DNA of 64,000 nucleotides from Escherichia coli (GTDB lineage Bacteria; Pseudomonadota; Gammaproteobacteria; Enterobacterales; Enterobacteriaceae): NCBI RefSeq assembly GCF_016026235.1, contig NZ_CP065613.1; one strand, 5' to 3'. Shown piece by piece: positions 59,119 to 64,000 of this stretch (position 1 is its first letter; each line of letters starts with the position of its first letter). The notes under the pieces were generated by a model. It saw only the letters and a program-made list of their open reading frames with translations, ran no database searches and was not told where the DNA came from. The position numbers and the translations under genes were made by a program.

Positions 59119-59775
59119 ATGACAGGCGAAAATCGTGGCCGGGGAAGGCCGCGAAAGACAGAAAGTACCTATGCAGATACTCGTAATGATCTGATCCGCA
59201 GTGGCCTTGAACTGCTGACGCAGAATGGTTTTCTTGCGACGGGAGTCGATGCCATTGTTAAAAATGCCAATGTCCCTAAAGGCTCATTTTATTACTACTT
59301 TAAGAGTAAAGAGGATTATGCTCAGACCGTTCTGAACGCCTATGACAGTTTCTTCGAGCATAAACTCAAAAAACATCTACATGAATCATCCTGCACACCA
59401 ATGGTACGTCTGGAAAATTTCATCAATGATGCCTGTGAGGGGATTAAAAAATACAATTTTACCCGCGGCTGCCTGGTTGGAAATATGATGCAGGAGAGTC
59501 CGGAGCTTCCCCAATCCTTCATTAAAGTACTACAGAATATTCTTGAGAGCTGGCAGGCACTTGTTGCGGCCTGCCTGTCCGACGCGTTATCTTCAGGCGA
59601 AATAAGTTCAAATATGAATAATACACAACTGGCGGCTATTTTCTGGAGTGGCTGGGAAGGTGCGGTAATGCGTTCCAAACTATATTGTTCTACTGAGCCA
59701 GTGTACGACTTCTGGAGCTATTTCAAAACCTCGGTACGCTATCAGTCTTCTCAGGAAGCAACAACTGGCCAGTAA
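59119..59775 (+). CDS. TetR/AcrR-family transcriptional regulator
   Basis: N-terminal HTH (LTQNGFLATGVDAIVKNANVPKGSFYYYFKSKED); start taken at ATG 59119 (MTGENRGRG...); ORF track starts at 59092. Confidence 0.75.
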   Translation: MTGENRGRGRPRKTESTYADTRNDLIRSGLELLTQNGFLATGVDAIVKNANVPKGSFYYYFKSKEDYAQTVLNAYDSFFEHKLKKHLHESSCTPMVRLENFINDACEGIKKYNFTRGCLVGNMMQESPELPQSFIKVLQNILESWQALVAACLSDALSSGEISSNMNNTQLAAIFWSGWEGAVMRSKLYCSTEPVYDFWSYFKTSVRYQSSQEATTGQ

Positions 59776-60035
59776 AAGGGGCCGCAGCCCCTAAAACTTA
59801 TTATACTAAGCCTGAGCTCGGCATCCATCTAATTAGCTATATTGAATGACTGCACGACCGCGAATTCCGCCACTCAGAAGTTTTTCAGCCACAGTGATGG
59901 CGTCACTGAGCGGATAAACGGTAGTGAGACTATCCATTCTGGACTCTGGCAAATACTATACCGCCTGTTGCCAGATTGCTGCTCTTTTCTCTTTCGCGAA
60001 CATGACGCTATCAATCCCTTTCAGTGGATTTGCCC

Positions 60036-60941
60036 CTATATTTCCAGACATCTGTTATCACTTAACCCATTACAAGCCCGCTGCCGCAGATATTCCCGTG
60101 GCGAGCGATAACCCAGCGCACTATGCGGATGCCATTCGTTATAATGCTCGAACGCCTCTGCAAGGTTCTTTGCTGCCGTTAACCCGTCTGGTTTGGGCAT
60201 GATACTGATGTAGTCACGCTTTATCGTTTTCACGAAGCTCTCTGCTATTCCGTTACTCTCCGGACTCCGCACCGCCGTGTTCTTCGGTTCAAGTCCCAAC
60301 ATCCGGGCGAACTGGCGTGTTTCATTAGCCCGGTAGCATGAACCATTATCCGTCAGCCACTCCACTGGAGACGACGGAAGATCGTTGCCGAAGCGGCGTT
60401 CCACCGCTCCCAGCATGACGTCCTGTACTGTTTCACTGTTGAAGCCGCCGGTAGTCACCGCCCAGTGCAGTGCCTCACGATCACAGCAGTCCAGCGCGAA
60501 CGTGACACGCAGTCTCTCTCCGTTATCACAGCAGAACTCGAACCCGTCAGAGCACCATCGCTGATTGCTTTCTTTCACGGCCACTCTGCCTGTATGTGCC
60601 CGTTTCGATGGCGGTACAGCAGGTTTTCGCTCAAGCAACAGCGCATTCTGGCGCATGATCCGGTAAACACGTTTGGCATTGATCGCAGGCATACCATCAA
60701 GTTCTGCCTGTCTGCGAAGCAGCGCCCATACCCGACGATAACCATACGTGGGCAGCTCTCCGATAACATGGTGTATACGGAGAAGCACATCCGTATCATC
60801 AGTGTGACGACTGCGGCGGCCATCCATCCAGTCATCGGTTCGTCTGAGAATGACGTGCAACTGCGCACGCGACACCCGGAGACAACGGCTGACTAAGCTT
60901 ACTCCCCATCCCCGGGCAATAAGGGCGCGTGCGCTATCCAC
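60036..60941 (-). CDS. insD: IS2 InsD (OrfB, DDE integrase core)
   Basis: 301-aa ORF ...[36 protein letters not shown]... Confidence 0.85.
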
Positions 60942-61264
60942 TTTTTTGCCCGTCCATATTCAACGGCTTCTTTGAGGAGTTCATTTTCCATCGTTTTCTT
61001 GCCGAGCAGGCGCTGGAGTTCTTTAATCTGCTTCATGGCGGCAGCAAGTTCAGAGGCAGGAACAACCTGTTCTCCGGCGGCCACAGCAGTAAGACTTCCT
61101 TCCTGGTATTGCTTACGCCAGAGAAATAACTGGCTGGCTGCTACACCATGTTGCCGGGCAACGAGGGAGACCGTCATCCCCGGTTCAAAGCTCTGCTGAA
61201 CAATTGCGATCTTTTCCTGTGTGGTACGCCGTCTGCGTTTCTCCGGCCCTAAGACATCAATCAT
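60899..61264 (-). CDS. insC: IS2 InsC (OrfA)
   Basis: [56 protein letters not shown]... Confidence 0.85.
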
Positions 61265-62618
61265 CTGTACTCCAATGACTAGTCTAAAAACTAGTATTAA
61301 GACTATCACTTATTTAAGTGATACTGGTTGTCTGGAGATTCAGGGGGCCAGTCTATTCAGCGTGACACCACGCAGAATAAACGGAGCCATATTGCCCATC
61401 AAATCCATCCCCTGAGCCATGCCGCAGGCTGCAACAATACTGCCATATCGGACCCCGGCGCAGGCATTTCTCCAGTAACAGGGGGTTGTATTGTATTTTA
61501 TTGTGCCGGTTCAGGTGTGCGTTTCCCGGCGCGTCAGCACCGGCTTAACCAAATTCAACAGGGATAAAATAGTGCAAATAACCGAAGTATTACTTGCAGA
61601 ATCGGGGGAAGCATCCGGGGTTTTATTCAACAGGCTGTAGATCACTGACTGCGTCTGTTGGCCGTCCACTTCACGCGTCATTCGACCAGAGTAAATATTG
61701 ATGATTACTAGATTCGTGTATTTTATCAGGCATTTTACTTGCGAATAAATCCCCTTGCTATCCAGCGAAACCACACAGGTAGCTATTACCATATGTGGTA
61801 ATACACTAGTTACAGGAAAAATATGCAAGTTCCGCAATACGTTGTGTGTTGCTCCTTAGCCAGGATCTTTTCTTCCATGCGAGATATGACAACAATTTTG
61901 AGGAAGGATGTTCGTAACTGGTAGAGTTACTACAACAAGCATGGGAGGCTCTGACTCTGACAGACATTGTACTGTGGAATGTTGTTACAGGTTGGGGCGG
62001 CAACCGTGCCAGGAGACCATGAGCCGTTCACGGCATTAAAGGCCACACTTCAGTCGTTTACATTCCCTATGGTGGCAGGCATCTTCCATTAAGGCGTCAG
62101 AGCGTTACCAACGTTATGTTGTCATGGCTCATCTTTCATAGTCGATGCTTATCTGGTGGCTGAAGCTAGCCGCAGATAAAGAGTGTGAAGTTGATACCAT
62201 GGAGTGGAGTGACGTACAGGCAGGAGATTCGCTCTATGCAGGGTTGTGAGATGAATTCAAACCGGCTGGCAGCGCCAGTGATATTCGAAGATTCGTCCGG
62301 TTGTTACCCAGTATGCATTAAAAACCCAGACATTATGGACAATATAACGGCTTCTACAACAAGGAAGTGCCTGTTTACCATCCGGGTGTAATGACTCACC
62401 TTTGTGGGCTTTTGCCCGTCGCGCTCTTAACGTTGAAGACATTCTCTGCCTGCCGATTCAGGACTGCGACAAAAGCCATATCTGGCTACTGGTCAAGGAT
62501 GACCAGCGTCTGGAGTAGGTGATAAGCCAAATAGATAAGCTGGAATATGTGGTGAAAGTGCAACGTAATCAGTCCAACCCGACGATGTTTAACAAGATTG
62601 TGGTGTTTTTTCAGTAAG

Positions 62619-63404
62619 TTATTCGTCTTCTGAATCAGGTGTAATGATCTTTACAGAACCATTCTGGCAGTGCGTAACATAATCTGCCGGTAACGGACGA
62701 TCGCTAATCAGAACGTCAAATGCAGAGATCGGTGCGAGGCTGGCAGAGGCCACTTCATCGAACAACGCGTGGCGGGCGAGCAAAATTTTCCGTAGTCCAC
62801 GGTTCATCGCTTTACGCTTAGTGGCAAGATCTTCAGGGTTAAACCAGCTGACGCCAAAGTGATTATGCACACCGCTGGCGGAAATAAATATTATTCGCGG
62901 ATTGAGAGAGTCTAATGGCGAAGAGTTACTGGCATCGTAAAAAGCATCACTTCTGGCACGATACGTACCACCACAAAGTATTGCTGTTACATTAGGCTTT
63001 TCATTCAACGCAACAAAGACGCGATGTGAATAACAGATGCCGGTGAAGGTGATTGCATCCGGGATCATGCTTATAACGAGTGGTATCTCCTGGCCATTAT
63101 CAAAGAAGATCAGATCATTTTCATTAACCATTCCGGCAGCCAGAATTGCAATAGGTAAGTCATCACGATGATTTTTTGGAACGTCATGGATTACTGGCAT
63201 GGATGGCGCGGGTTTATTCACCATTACAATATAGCCACCCAGTAGGGTCAGTGGCAGAGGTTCATCTTCCTGATGGAGATCGCGACGAATAGTCATTACA
63301 GAAACTTCCAGCATTCGCGCTGCGTCTTTCAAATGGATTCTGTCGGTTTTCTTAAGCAGTTCCATCAAACGTCGGATACGCTCTTTTTGCTTCGTTTCCA
63401 TCAA
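62619..63404 (-). CDS. DeoR-family transcriptional regulator (DeoQ-like)
   Basis: 261-aa ORF with N-terminal HTH (IHLKDAARMLEVSVMTIRRDLHQ) and DeoR-type C-terminal domain; divergent from the downstream kinase gene. Confidence 0.7.
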   Translation of the reverse strand: MMETKQKERIRRLMELLKKTDRIHLKDAARMLEVSVMTIRRDLHQEDEPLPLTLLGGYIVMVNKPAPSMPVIHDVPKNHRDDLPIAILAAGMVNENDLIFFDNGQEIPLVISMIPDAITFTGICYSHRVFVALNEKPNVTAILCGGTYRARSDAFYDASNSSPLDSLNPRIIFISASGVHNHFGVSWFNPEDLATKRKAMNRGLRKILLARHALFDEVASASLAPISAFDVLISDRPLPADYVTHCQNGSVKIITPDSEDE

Positions 63405-63706
63405 CTCTCTCTCCGTAAGAATGTTATAAAAATAACATTTTGGCGTTAGTAAACATTGTTTTCATTACCATACTATACGACCGCTCCTTTGAAATGAAAA
63501 GGGTATAGGCTGCTGAGTTTTGGGCACTAATCTTGTTAGGTTGCTTATGATTAGATAGTGTTGGCCTGAGTGATGAGACTGGAAGTCTATTAAATAAACA
63601 TCGGGTTGATGTGCTAATCGCGATCTCAGTCACAAATGATGCAAAAGTAACATGCTAATGTTATTTAAATACCATTGTTATGCGAAAGTTTATAAGAGGT
63701 AGTGAA

Positions 63707-64000
63707 ATGGACATTGCAGTTATTGGTTCCAATATGGTGGATCTCATTACTTACACTAATCAGATGCCTAAAGAAGGAGAAACTCTGGAAGCACCTGCCT
63801 TCAAAATCGGATGTGGTGGGAAAGGTGCTAATCAAGCGGTGGCGGCGGCTAAATTGAATTCAAAAGTCCTGATGCTGACTAAAGTAGGTGATGATATTTT
63901 TGCGGATAATACTATTCGTAATCTTGAATCATGGGGAATTAATACCACTTATGTTGAGAAGGTCCCCTGTACCAGCAGTGGTGTTGCACCGATCTTTGTT
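63707..64000 (+). CDS. Ribokinase/PfkB-family sugar kinase, DeoK-like (deoxyribokinase), 5' part only (window ends)
   Basis: MDIAVIGSNMVDLITYTNQMPKEGETLEAPAFKIGCGGKGANQAVAAAKL... carries the ribokinase N-terminal GG motif (compare RbsK ...GGKGANQAVAAGR...); ribosome-binding site agaggt 7 bp upstream. Confidence 0.7.
   Translation, partial: MDIAVIGSNMVDLITYTNQMPKEGETLEAPAFKIGCGGKGANQAVAAAKLNSKVLMLTKVGDDIFADNTIRNLESWGINTTYVEKVPCTSSGVAPIFV

Larger units (their letters stand above)
60025..61355 (-). mobile_element. IS2 (IS3 family), intact, 1331 bp, with perfect 5-bp target-site duplication TTCAG
   Basis: Ends tggatttgcccctatatttccagacatctgttatcacttaac... and ...tctggagattcagggggccagtcta; direct repeat ttcag at 60020..60024 and 61356..61360. 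Confidence 0.9.
59956..61510 (-). pseudogene. acuI/yhdH-like (MDR quinone oxidoreductase) 3' gene fragment, interrupted by IS2
   Basis: With IS2 removed, the minus strand reads ...[53 protein letters not shown], homologous to the YhdH/AcuI C-terminus (...NYGGCVAACGLAGG...MPFILRNVRLQGVDSVM... as I recall it); upstream part is not homologous, so only a remnant. Confidence 0.55.

Overview
Enterobacterial chromosome segment (Escherichia coli / Shigella type), reading as the reverse complement of the E. coli K-12 map from dnaC-yjjA-opgB through lgoDRT, tsr, btsT, yjiX, yjiA, then mdtM to uxuAB-gntP-fimHGF, then fecIRABCDE. Gene identities come from my own recognition of the translated ORFs; no database search was possible. 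Relative to K-12 as I recall it, there are three main differences. (1) The restriction-rich immigration-control block that K-12 carries between yjiA and mdtM (mrr, hsdRMS, mcrBC and neighbours) is absent; a BrnT/BrnA-type toxin-antitoxin pair and an IS1 without target-site duplication sit there instead. (2) The type 1 fimbrial operon is cut inside fimD by IS1, so only fimD(3')-fimF-fimG-fimH remain, and a second IS1 copy lies next to fecI with about 1 kb of AT-rich unassigned DNA between the two. (3) Downstream of fecE is an IS-dense accessory block: an IS10-like element with a 9-bp target duplication, a decayed IS911-like element, a chromosomal shf-capU-virK-msbB2-like operon (second lipid A late acyltransferase), IS600, a BetT-like BCCT transporter / DUF2254 / TetR trio, an intact IS2 with a perfect 5-bp duplication inside an acuI/yhdH-like gene remnant, and a DeoR regulator with a ribokinase-family kinase (deoQ/deoK-like, cut by the window edge). 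There are seven IS copies and several pseudogenes (lgoD frameshift, fimD truncation, IS transposases). No rRNA, tRNA or CRISPR array was found. The most interesting candidates are the chromosomal shf/msbB2 operon, the BCCT-DUF2254-TetR module, the replaced restriction region and the IS1-bracketed AT-rich islet with an orphan small ORF; none is certain to be new.
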